54,707 bases of DNA from an uncultured Pseudomonadales bacterium (lineage in GTDB: Bacteria; Patescibacteriota; Microgenomatia; UBA1400; UBA12028). The notes beneath the pieces were generated by a model. The model ran no database searches and was not told the origin of the DNA. It worked only from the letters and a program-made list of their open reading frames with translations. Location: assembly GCA_964509365.1 (NCBI GenBank), contig CAZDWN010000005.1:1-54707 (forward strand). The letters are read 5' to 3'. Positions 17,337-25,641 of this stretch are shown here, piece by piece (position 1 is the stretch's first letter; every line of letters starts with the position of its first letter). The translations under genes were made by a program, and so were the position numbers.

Positions 17337-17888
17337 TTAGTACCCTTGCGGTTGTGTCATCGTATCTGGAGCAGTGGTTGGTTCCATTGCTGCTGGAGTA
17401 GTCGCTGGAGCGACCAGATCTCCACAAGCAGTGTAGACACTCATTTCTTTTGCCGACTTGTGTACATTGACCAAGAGACCACCGGTCCATAGCTCGGACA
17501 TCGGCGCATCGATTGTGGTTTCACTCATCCCATTGACCACATCGGTGAGTGGATACTTAACGTCACCTGGCTTGGTGCACATCCCTGTATGAATATGCGC
17601 AGGTTGTGCTGCGGTGAATTTTCCTCCAGTGAGCGAGATTTCAACTTTTGTTTTGCCTTCACCAAGATCGGTGAATGTGGCTGTCCCTGTTTGACCACTA
17701 TTCTTGACTGCTGATATCTGGACGACGACAGGTGCCGCCATAGTCGGCGCAACTTGCATCTGCGTCTCTGGCTGTGTTTGCGCAGTCGTATCGCTTGCTG
17801 GCATCGTCGTGTCAGTTGTCGGTGTGGTGGTCGTGGAGCAACCCGCAAGAATGAGTGCCGTCGTGGCTAAAAGTATCAATTTTTTCAT
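17337..17888 (-). CDS. lipoprotein with CHRD-like domain
   Basis: 183 aa with lipobox LILAGC|S and a Thr/Pro-rich linker. The pattern GTATFTDLG...PAHIHTGMCTKPG...LLVNVHKS resembles a CHRD domain. The functional call is tentative. Confidence 0.7.
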   Translation of the reverse strand: MKKLILLATTALILAGCSTTTTPTTDTTMPASDTTAQTQPETQMQVAPTMAAPVVVQISAVKNSGQTGTATFTDLGEGKTKVEISLTGGKFTAAQPAHIHTGMCTKPGDVKYPLTDVVNGMSETTIDAPMSELWTGGLLVNVHKSAKEMSVYTACGDLVAPATTPAAMEPTTAPDTMTQPQGY

Positions 17889-18032
17889 AGAACCCCTTTG
17901 ATCAAACTAGCGAATACGTCATTTGCATACAATACAGACTTAGCCCATCCTTTGTCTAGTCTTTTTTGATATGAGAACTGAAAGAAACATGCAAGAAAAA
18001 AATATGGTAGGATGTGGAGATAAAAGGACACT

Positions 18033-18470
18033 ATGAGTATTCAACAAACCATCCAATCACAACTCAAAGATGCGATGCGCGCACGCGACGCAGTCAAACT
18101 CGAGACACTTCGCTATGTGCTCTCAGAGCTCAAGTACTCACAAATCGAAAAACAACATGAATTAAGCGATGAAGAAGCAATCGAAGTGCTTTCTCGCGAA
18201 GTGAAGAAGCGTAAAGACGCAATCGAGCTGTTCCACAACTCAGGTCGCGAAGAGCTTGTCACAGAAGAAAAAGCTAAATTGGAATTTATTACGACACTAT
18301 TGCCTGAGCAATTGTCTGAGGAAGCAATCGCCACCGTGGTGGATGAAGTCATCGCATCAGTAGGTAAAGAAAATATGGGGATGGTGATGAAAGAAGTGAT
18401 GGCAAAACTCAAAGGAAAAGCTGATGGATGCAGTGTCTCGCAAATTGTACAAACCAAAATGAAAAGTTAA
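18033..18470 (+). CDS. yqeY: GatB/YqeY domain protein
   Basis: 145 aa. LKDAMRARD..KLETLRYVLSELKYSQIEK...SREVKKRKDAIELF is typical of YqeY. Confidence 0.85.
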   Translation: MSIQQTIQSQLKDAMRARDAVKLETLRYVLSELKYSQIEKQHELSDEEAIEVLSREVKKRKDAIELFHNSGREELVTEEKAKLEFITTLLPEQLSEEAIATVVDEVIASVGKENMGMVMKEVMAKLKGKADGCSVSQIVQTKMKS

Positions 18471-18476
18471 ACCCCT

Positions 18477-19325
18477 ATGACACTTTCAGATTTCACTACT
18501 CCTGAAGGAAATTTTGCGATCGCTCCATTTGATCATCGAGCTTCACTGGCTGAAAGTTTACATCTAGACTTGCACAATGCAGGGGACCAAGAAAAATTCC
18601 TCGAGCTCAAAAAATTATTTATGAGAGTGTTCAGTCCTCATGTCTCTGCGGTGCTTACTGACCCTGAATACGGAGTAAAAACGCTTGATGTGAAGCGAGC
18701 TGGTTGTGGACTGTTTCTCTCACTCGAAGAATCCGGATACTCTGGTGATCACGATGCGATGACTACTCTCAAAAAGGACTGGGGGGTGGACGGAGTGAGG
18801 GAGCATCAAGCGGGAGCAAAGCTCCTCGTCTACTACAATCCTCAAAGTCAAACTGCCCCACAAAAACTTGAGTTAGTGCGAAAGCTGTTTGTAGAGTGCA
18901 AAGACAAGGAAGTCGTCTTCTTAGTCGAACCGGTACTCTATGCCCTCACTGACAAAAAGCAGTGGGACTCAGAAATGGACCCACAGTGGAGTGAAGTGTA
19001 TCTCGAAGTTTGCCGCCAGTTTGCGCCATTTTGCGATATTCTCAAAATTCAGTATCCCGGGAGTCAAGAGGCTTGTGCAACCGTCTCGACATTTCATAAA
19101 AATTGGATTTTATTGTCACGAGGTGTCGGTTTTGAAGTCTTTTGCCAATATCTCACAACTGCAATGCGGCAGGGTGCTCGAGGATACGCTGCAGGGAGAG
19201 CCGTCTGGCAAGAGATTCAAACGATGAGCACTGGAGAAGAATGGCAAAAATTTTTGGAAACTACCGGAGTTGATCGATTGAAACAGCTCAATGAGATACT
19301 GAAAACTTCAAGACTTGTGGCATAA
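18477..19325 (+). CDS. class I aldolase of the LacD / tagatose-1,6-bisphosphate aldolase family
   Basis: 282 aa. The strings AIAPFDHRASL, VLTDPEYGV, GLFLSLEESGYS, AKLLVYYN, FLVEPVLY, DILKIQYP (Schiff-base Lys region) and AAGRAVW are collinear with LacD as I recall it. Confidence 0.75.
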   Translation: MTLSDFTTPEGNFAIAPFDHRASLAESLHLDLHNAGDQEKFLELKKLFMRVFSPHVSAVLTDPEYGVKTLDVKRAGCGLFLSLEESGYSGDHDAMTTLKKDWGVDGVREHQAGAKLLVYYNPQSQTAPQKLELVRKLFVECKDKEVVFLVEPVLYALTDKKQWDSEMDPQWSEVYLEVCRQFAPFCDILKIQYPGSQEACATVSTFHKNWILLSRGVGFEVFCQYLTTAMRQGARGYAAGRAVWQEIQTMSTGEEWQKFLETTGVDRLKQLNEILKTSRLVA

Positions 19326-19388
19326 TCCTACTTTCTGAAACTGATTCAAAACCTCCTTTTAGCTTGGTACGCGAAAAACAAACGAGAT

Positions 19389-20285
19389 TTGCCGTGGAGG
19401 CGATTCCCCTCCTCACCAAGGAGGGGTCAGGGGAGGTCGAACGGTTGGCTACGTGACCCCTACACTATTTTGGTCTCGGAGCTCATGCTCCAACAGACGC
19501 AAGTTGTCCGAGTACTTCCGAAGTTTGCACACTTCATCGCCCGATGGCCCACGATCGATGCACTTTCACAAGCAAAGCTCTCCGAAGTGCTCACCGAGTG
19601 GCAAGGCCTAGGGTATAACCGGCGCGCTAAACATCTATTGGAGACCGCCAAAATCGTCACGCAAACAAACAACGGAGTTTTCCCAGTTACTCAAAAAGAA
19701 CTCCTTGCACTTCCTGGCTTTGGTCCATATATGGTCTCAGCGCTTCGTGTATTTGCTTTCGGAACGCAAGATGCCGTCATCGATGTAAATATTTCGCGCG
19801 TTTTATCCCGTGTAGAGACAGGTCTTCGGCCCGTCTCTACCAAAGAGATTCAAGAAATTGCAGAACAAAATATTCCAAAAAATCGAGCTGACGAGTGGCA
19901 TCAAATGCTCATGGATTTTGGCTCGCTCATTTGTAAAGCCAAAGCTCCCAAATGTGACGAGTGTCCCGTGGCACGGCTGTGTCTCGCGAATAGAGAAGCC
20001 AAATCTCTGGGGTTTTCTGACTTCGCCTCTTGGCTCTCAGTCCAATTAAAAGTAAAGACGCAGTCAAAAAAAGATATTGGGAAAAAATTTGAAGAGACAG
20101 ATCGTTATTTTCGAGGAAGAATCATCGATTTGCTGCGTTCGGGTGATCGACCAATGGAACACGTGTGGGAACATTTGAGCGTCGTGCATTCGCTTGACAA
20201 TCGAGTGCGCTTTGGCAGGCTTATTGAAGGCTTGGTCGTGGATGGACTGATAAAGATACAGGGGAATAGTGTTTCTTTGGCATAA
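19389..20285 (+). CDS. HhH-GPD / Fe-S adenine DNA glycosylase (MutY-like, no NUDIX-type C-terminus)
   Basis: SELMLQQTQV, GLGYNRRA, LPGFGPYM and the 4Fe-4S motif CKAKAPKCDECPVARLC. The track start is TTG 19389, but the conserved ..LLAWYAKNKRDLPWR is encoded in-frame upstream (frame open from 19326). The true start is therefore probably CTG/ATT at about 19335-19344. Confidence 0.8.
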   Translation: MPWRRFPSSPRRGQGRSNGWLRDPYTILVSELMLQQTQVVRVLPKFAHFIARWPTIDALSQAKLSEVLTEWQGLGYNRRAKHLLETAKIVTQTNNGVFPVTQKELLALPGFGPYMVSALRVFAFGTQDAVIDVNISRVLSRVETGLRPVSTKEIQEIAEQNIPKNRADEWHQMLMDFGSLICKAKAPKCDECPVARLCLANREAKSLGFSDFASWLSVQLKVKTQSKKDIGKKFEETDRYFRGRIIDLLRSGDRPMEHVWEHLSVVHSLDNRVRFGRLIEGLVVDGLIKIQGNSVSLA

Positions 20286-20309
20286 GCGTTATACAATAGG
20301 TAGGCAACT

Positions 20310-21164
20310 ATGGGTTCGCTGTTTGTACACATCATTTACCAGCCGTTTTTAAATGTCCTTGTTTTCTTTTATTGGATGCTCGGGCAGATTCCAGGCACCA
20401 AAGCTGACATGGGCGTGGCAGTCATCTTGATGACGATTGTGCTCCGTGTGATCATGCTTCCGATCGCGATCGCTTCAGATCGAAGCGAACACGAGCGAGA
20501 GGAGATTTCCAAGCAAGCAAAGCTTATTTCATCTACGTATCATAGTGATCCGATCGCGCTCAATCGAGAGCTAAAAAATCTCATGAGAACGAAGCCAAGA
20601 GTCCTGGTCTCAGAATTTTTTGAGTTTTTGATCGATATCGCTATTATTTTCATGTTGATTCGTATTTTTACGACGGGACTTGAAGGTGCAGATCTAAACC
20701 TCTTGTATCCGTTTATTCCGCATCCGCCGACTCCTTACAACTTGCTGTTTCTTGGGAAAATTGATTTGGCACATCCGAGTATCTTACTCAACGTGATCCA
20801 ATCACTCTGTATTCTATTGACTGAAGTCATTGCTGAATATACGTCACCATTTCGCAATATCTTGTCGATGGAGCGACCTGCAGTCCAATTCAATCCTGTC
20901 ACGAACGCAAAAAACAGTTATGCCTGGGAGACTCGATCGCGCGTCAAGTCACTTCAATTTTTCTTGCCCATCGTGTCGTTTTTAATCTTCATGTTTTTAC
21001 CGGCTGGGAAAAAACTCTTTATTATTACCGCGCTTATCATTTCGATGATTTATATGATCCTCAAAGCGATCAGGCGAAAGTTTATAGCGATGAATCCTGC
21101 TCCTGTTGAAGCGCCAGAACCGGTAGCCACATCGAGCGATACCCCGAGCCCAGAGCACCACTAG
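20310..21164 (+). CDS. yidC: membrane protein insertase YidC (short form)
   Basis: 284 aa. PFLNVLVFFYWMLG...GVAVILMTIVLRVIMLPIAI is the YidC/Oxa1 core with multiple TM helices. Confidence 0.85.
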   Translation: MGSLFVHIIYQPFLNVLVFFYWMLGQIPGTKADMGVAVILMTIVLRVIMLPIAIASDRSEHEREEISKQAKLISSTYHSDPIALNRELKNLMRTKPRVLVSEFFEFLIDIAIIFMLIRIFTTGLEGADLNLLYPFIPHPPTPYNLLFLGKIDLAHPSILLNVIQSLCILLTEVIAEYTSPFRNILSMERPAVQFNPVTNAKNSYAWETRSRVKSLQFFLPIVSFLIFMFLPAGKKLFIITALIISMIYMILKAIRRKFIAMNPAPVEAPEPVATSSDTPSPEHH

Positions 21165-21201
21165 TGACTTTTTGTCTTTTCGTGAGTTACAATAACACCC
21201 T

Positions 21202-21852
21202 ATGGAATTTGATCGTCTTGTTGTGTCGTTTCTCGTCGACGAAGTGGTCGGAGGTTTTTTTATCTCTGTCCCACCTGGTCACATCGCTTGTGTCTATGAC
21301 AGAGGACGAGGTGTCTTACCACACACATGGGGACCAGGTCTTCATCTGAAAATCCCGTTTTGGCAAGTGGCCAAACTCTTCAATGCGCAAATCCTTGAGT
21401 ACACCATCAGGCGTGGAGTCACGATCGACCACACGAACAAAGAAGCACTGATGGATGAACCAGTCATGACGACGAGTAAAGACGGATTTGAGCTCGAGAT
21501 CGAAGCGTCAGTGCTTTTCCGCATTGATAAAAAGAATGCTCCAGAACTTTGGGAAAATATTGGAGAGAATCTCGTGAGTAAAGTCGTGCGTCCAACTGGA
21601 CGTAGTCGCATCGCTGCAGTCTTTGCGAGTCTCACCACTCAAGAAATTAAAGCCAATCGTACGAGTATCGAGAATGCGCTCAAAGAAGAGATCAATTCCT
21701 ATTTTCATGACAAGGGACTCAATTGCGAAGGCGTCTTGCTTTCACAAGTTCGCGTGAAAAAAGAAGGCGAAGCAGTGGCCAAGCCTCTCATTGCTGCAGA
21801 AACTGTCATCAAACCCACCGAGCACACCGTCGTCACCGCTTTGAATGGATAG
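21202..21852 (+). CDS. SPFH/band-7 (prohibitin/HflC-like) protein
   Basis: 216 aa. VPPGHIACVYDRGRGVL...GPGLHLKIPFWQVAKLFNAQILEY...TSKDGFELEIEASVLFRI. Confidence 0.85.
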   Translation: MEFDRLVVSFLVDEVVGGFFISVPPGHIACVYDRGRGVLPHTWGPGLHLKIPFWQVAKLFNAQILEYTIRRGVTIDHTNKEALMDEPVMTTSKDGFELEIEASVLFRIDKKNAPELWENIGENLVSKVVRPTGRSRIAAVFASLTTQEIKANRTSIENALKEEINSYFHDKGLNCEGVLLSQVRVKKEGEAVAKPLIAAETVIKPTEHTVVTALNG

Positions 21853-21865
21853 TGCATAGCACCAC

Positions 21866-21894
21866 TTGACATAAAAAAATTTCTTGCTAAAAAT
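21866..21894 (+). promoter_or_regulatory. candidate groESL promoter
   Basis: TTGACA (21866-21871), 16-17-nt spacer, TAAAAA/AAAAAT (21888-21894). Confidence 0.45.
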
Positions 21895-21909
21895 AGCAGT
21901 TATGACGCG

Positions 21910-21928
21910 AGAGTGATAAAGTCACTCT
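21910..21928. promoter_or_regulatory. perfect 7-bp inverted repeat between the promoter and groES (candidate operator, not CIRCE)
   Basis: AGAGTGA-taaag-TCACTCT. A second small inverted repeat, TGCTA-aaaa-TAGCA, lies at 21885-21898. Confidence 0.4.
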
Positions 21929-21983
21929 ATTCTTCGCATCAATTTCGTATATACTAGAAAAATATTTTGAAGGAGGCTTTGTT

Positions 21984-22295
21984 ATGTCTGTCGCTATTTC
22001 ACTCTCACAAATTAAACCAATGCCTGGATACGTCCTCGTCGAGCCAGCAAAAGCAGCGAAGAAAACAGATTCAGGTATTTTCTTGCCAGACTCACACGAA
22101 GAAAAAGCACAACACGGCACAGTGATTTCAATTGGTGGTGATACTACTGATGACAAAGGAAACGCAGTTACGTCGCCTGTGAAAAAAGGTCAGACCGTCA
22201 TTTACAAGAAGTGGGGCGGGAATGAATTCAAACTTGGTGAAACCGAGTATCAATTTTTCAAATTTGAAGACGTTATCGCAGTAATCGAAAAATAA
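21984..22295 (+). CDS. groES: co-chaperonin GroES
   Basis: 103 aa. IKPMPGYVLVEP...SGIFLPDS..., GAAGGAGG SD upstream. Lies immediately upstream of groEL. Confidence 0.93.
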   Translation: MSVAISLSQIKPMPGYVLVEPAKAAKKTDSGIFLPDSHEEKAQHGTVISIGGDTTDDKGNAVTSPVKKGQTVIYKKWGGNEFKLGETEYQFFKFEDVIAVIEK

Positions 22296-22408
22296 AAAGT
22301 ATCCACCGTCGCGATTGCGACTTCGCACTTTTGGGCCTATTCGGCCATATTGCGAGTCGATCGCTTTGGCGGACATCATATTACTTATTAACATAAAAAG
22401 GAGTTCGT

Positions 22409-24037
22409 ATGGCAAAACAGATTTTATTTAATGATGATGCGCAAGCAAAAATGCTTATGGGCATCCAGAAATTATCGCAAGCAGTCGTCACTACTCTGGG
22501 ACCTCGTGGAGGAAACGTCGCGATCGACAAATCATGGGGAGCACCAACGGTCGTCCATGATGGTGTCAGTGTCGCAAAAGAAATAACACTTCCTGACCCA
22601 TTTGAGAACATGGGTGCGCAGCTCGTCAAGGAAGCAGCAAGCAAGACAAATGAAGCTGCTGGCGATGGGACCACGACTGCGACATTGCTCGCACATCAAA
22701 TCACTGCCATGGGAATGAAAAATATCGCAGCCGGCGCCAATGCAATGCTTCTCAAACGAGGCATAGATCGAGCGGTCACTGCAGTCGTCGATGAACTCAC
22801 CAAGATGGCAAAGCCAGTCAAACCAGATGACTGGGTGAAAGTTGCGACCATCTCCGCTCAAAATGCCATCATCGGCGAGAAGATCGCTGAAGCGATCAAA
22901 CTCGTCGGCAAAGATGGAGTCGTCACAGTCGAAGAAGGAAAGACAGACGAAATTCGCATCAAGCATACCGAAGGTATGTCGATCGAACGCGGCTATGCAT
23001 CACCATACTTCGTGACGAGTACCGACAATATGGAAGCAGTCATGGAAGATCCTTACATCTTGATCACTGATCAAAAAATCAGCTCGATCCAAGATCTGCT
23101 CCCGTTCCTGGAAAAACTCATGAAGATCTCGAAGAATTTGGTCATCATCGCTGATGATATCGATGGTGAAGCATTGACCACGCTCATCGTGAACAAGATG
23201 CGAGGAGTATTTAACGTCTTGGCGATCAAAGCACCTGGATTCGGAGACCGGCGAAAAGCGATGCTCCAAGATATCGCTTCGCTCACCGGAGCCAATCTGA
23301 TCTCGATCGACACGGGTCGCAAGCTCGATAGCGTCGAACCAGAAGATTGCGGACGCGTCGAAAGTATCCGCGCCACCAAAGATGAGACGACACTTGTCGG
23401 CGGAAAAGGGAAGAAATCAGATATTGATGCGCGAGTTTCTCAAATCCGCAAAGAGATGGACAAGACGACATCAGAGTTTGACAAAGAGAAGTTGCAAGAG
23501 CGATTGGCAAAGTTGACTGGCGGAGTCGCTGTCATCGAAGTCGGTGCGGCAAGTGAGACGGAGATGCGAGAACTCAAAGAACGCGTGATCGACGCCAAAG
23601 AGGCGACGAAAGCGGCGATCGAAGAAGGAGTCATTGCTGGAGGTGGAGTGAGTTACCTCTATGCTTCAAGAGTCCTCGATGTCATGCAGGCTGATGATGA
23701 AGATGAACTCTCAGGAATTAAGCTCGTCAAAGCAGCGCTCCTCATGCCGTTGAAGACACTCGCTGAGAACAGTGGTGCAGATGGTGGAGCTGTCGTGTAT
23801 CAAGTGATGGCAAAAGCTGATAAAGACTGGGGCTTCAATGCGCAGACACTCAAATTTGGAAATATGATCAAAGAAGGAGTCATTGACCCGGCAAAAGTAG
23901 CCAAGCATGCCCTGAAGAATGCCGCCAGTGTGGCAACTATGATCCTGACGACCAAAGTCCTGATCACGGATATCAAGGAGCCAAAAGCTCAGATGCCAGC
24001 AGGCGGAGGCATGGGTGATATGGGAATGGGTATGTAG
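22409..24037 (+). CDS. groEL: chaperonin GroEL
   Basis: 542 aa. AAGDGTTTATLLA, the VAVIEVGAASE.E..E motif and a C-terminal GGMGDMGMGM tail. Confidence 0.97.
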   Translation: MAKQILFNDDAQAKMLMGIQKLSQAVVTTLGPRGGNVAIDKSWGAPTVVHDGVSVAKEITLPDPFENMGAQLVKEAASKTNEAAGDGTTTATLLAHQITAMGMKNIAAGANAMLLKRGIDRAVTAVVDELTKMAKPVKPDDWVKVATISAQNAIIGEKIAEAIKLVGKDGVVTVEEGKTDEIRIKHTEGMSIERGYASPYFVTSTDNMEAVMEDPYILITDQKISSIQDLLPFLEKLMKISKNLVIIADDIDGEALTTLIVNKMRGVFNVLAIKAPGFGDRRKAMLQDIASLTGANLISIDTGRKLDSVEPEDCGRVESIRATKDETTLVGGKGKKSDIDARVSQIRKEMDKTTSEFDKEKLQERLAKLTGGVAVIEVGAASETEMRELKERVIDAKEATKAAIEEGVIAGGGVSYLYASRVLDVMQADDEDELSGIKLVKAALLMPLKTLAENSGADGGAVVYQVMAKADKDWGFNAQTLKFGNMIKEGVIDPAKVAKHALKNAASVATMILTTKVLITDIKEPKAQMPAGGGMGDMGMGM

Positions 24038-24039
24038 TT

Positions 24040-24075
24040 TGTCATCCTGAGCAGCCTGGTACACCAGGCGGTCGA
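24040..24075 (+). repeat. short hairpin repeat element, copy A
   Basis: TGTCATCCTGAGCAGCCTGGTACACCAGGCGGTCGA. It matches the reverse complement of 26265-26300 at 31/36 positions, and the stem differences are compensatory. Confidence 0.6.
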
Positions 24076-24128
24076 CCGCGTGCCGCCGAAGCTTTAGCGG
24101 TGGAGCAAAGATAGTTTTTGAAACTTTG

Positions 24129-24163
24129 AAGCCCTTCTCGGTGTCCACCGGGAGGGGCTTTTT
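24129..24163 (+). terminator. rho-independent terminator of groESL
   Basis: AAGCCCTTCTCGG-tgtcca-CCGGGAGGGGCTT, then TTT(GG). Confidence 0.75.
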
Positions 24164-24296
24164 GGTGCCCTCAACAGTATTCCAAAAAGAAGGCGAATAA
24201 ACAAGGTCGAATGGGATCGTCTCAAATACAGCTATAGGATACAGTTTGTATCCGTATTACCTCAAGTAGAAGGCTAGTATATCACATCTTATAGCC

Positions 24297-24324
24297 TTGA
24301 CTTTTTAGCAGTTTGGTGTAGACT
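24297..24324 (+). promoter_or_regulatory. candidate promoter for a long leader or ncRNA
   Basis: TTGACT (24297-24302), 16-nt spacer, TAGACT (24319-24324). Hexamers only. Confidence 0.3.
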
Positions 24325-24709
24325 GTGCTAGGTCAAAGTCAGCTCGAGGGAATACCAGAGAGTCTTGATAGTTAAACCAATATTCCCTCAAACGTGTGTT
24401 TTTCGAATTAAGTCTTCTTCAGCGAGGAAGGTTTAGTCCGGAAAATTCCGGCAAGGGAGTACTAAAACACTTGAGCTATTCACTTACGAGTAGATTCAAG
24501 GATATAGACCACTCTTGGTGTGAGCTCTTTAACATTGCGAGAGAACAAAATAAAAACCTCATGGAGCACGAAGAGGAGATGGATTTTGGGTCTTTGACCT
24601 ATTTCTGCCTCCTGCTCGTGCTTCATGAGACTTCGGATAGAGACGTCGTGTCCAAAGTCTGTTGAGGCGATTACCATTTTTAGGGGCAATGCCCCAAAGG
24701 AGACTCGAA

Positions 24710-25477
24710 ATGAGCAAAAAACGTGTTTTGTTGGCAGTTTTTGCGACGATTGTAATTTGGCTCGCCGCAACCGCAGTCTCGGCCAAAATCGATTGTGTCT
24801 GCCCAGCGGGCTGGCACATCGTTTGGAATAACGGAGTCCCTCACTGTGAGCGGAATCCGCGGAAACCAGGCCCACCTCGACCAAAACCGAGTGGGACACC
24901 AAAACCGTCACCAACGCCGAAGTGCAGTGAGTGTCAACACACTCCCACTGCCACAGCAACCGCGAGTCCCACTTCCAGTGTGACTCCCACAGCAAGTAGC
25001 ACTCCAAGTGCTACGCCGACTGGGGATAATACCCCTACGGTCACGCCAACATCGACTCCGAGCAAGACTCCCACGCAGGAGCCAACACCTTGTCCAAAGG
25101 GTTGCGTTGCAGTTGACCCGTTGGCTCTACAATGCGTAACCCACCTTGCAACAGGCATTAAACACTTGTTCGATGGCAAACGTGAGTTGTATGAAGGTTC
25201 AGACTGGAGTCAACTGCTGGAGGGGACGAAAATAACGTTGACGGTCTATGACGGGCATTTGCGAAACAGTATGTTGGATGCAGTTCTCATGGACGGTGAA
25301 AAGTTACAAATACAGATGCAAGTAGGTCTGTATGTTGTGATCACTGATCCCAGTGGAAACTGGTATCAGCAGAACTGCTACAGAATCGCCCACGGCGATA
25401 CCGGTCCGAAAAAAGATGTAGATGTGCGGTTCAGTCAAGTGGACGTGGTGGCAATAGTGCCATGTCCTAAACAGTAA
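24710..25477 (+). CDS. secreted Cys-containing protein with Pro/Thr-rich linker (hypothetical)
   Basis: Preferred ATG at 24710, with AAAGGAG 7 nt upstream. Signal peptide MSKKRVLLAVFATIVIWLAATAVSA, then about 90 aa of P/T/S repeats, then a globular C-terminal domain. Confidence 0.75.
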   Translation: MSKKRVLLAVFATIVIWLAATAVSAKIDCVCPAGWHIVWNNGVPHCERNPRKPGPPRPKPSGTPKPSPTPKCSECQHTPTATATASPTSSVTPTASSTPSATPTGDNTPTVTPTSTPSKTPTQEPTPCPKGCVAVDPLALQCVTHLATGIKHLFDGKRELYEGSDWSQLLEGTKITLTVYDGHLRNSMLDAVLMDGEKLQIQMQVGLYVVITDPSGNWYQQNCYRIAHGDTGPKKDVDVRFSQVDVVAIVPCPKQ

Positions 25478-25580
25478 TTCTCTCAAAATGTTAACCCCCG
25501 GGGTAAAACCTGGGGAAGGGAATCTCGATATGCTGACAGGATTAAACGTCCTGAAGGCGTACAGAGAAACCGATTAGACT

Positions 25581-25617
25581 CGAGCCACCAAGGTGTAAAA
25601 ACCAAGGTGGCTCGTTT
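25581..25617 (+). terminator. probable terminator hairpin
   Basis: CGAGCCACC ... GGTGGCTCG (9 bp), then a weak T-run (TTTC). Confidence 0.5.
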
Positions 25618-25641
25618 CATATCTAGACGTATAATCTCCAT

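Noticed and set aside
21866-21983. Canonical CIRCE upstream of groES
   Set aside because: I searched both strands for TTAGCACTC-N9-GAGTGCTAA-like strings. Only unrelated palindromes are present. The one CIRCE-like site in the window is at 17244-17270.
24396-25007. ORFs 24396..24665 (+), 24480..25007 (-) and 24559..24819 (-) in the groEL-downstream gap
   Set aside because: They have non-ATG or SD-less starts. They overlap each other and the signal-peptide gene on the other strand. The minus-strand translations mirror the Pro/Thr-rich repeat region. Treated as non-coding or shadow frames.
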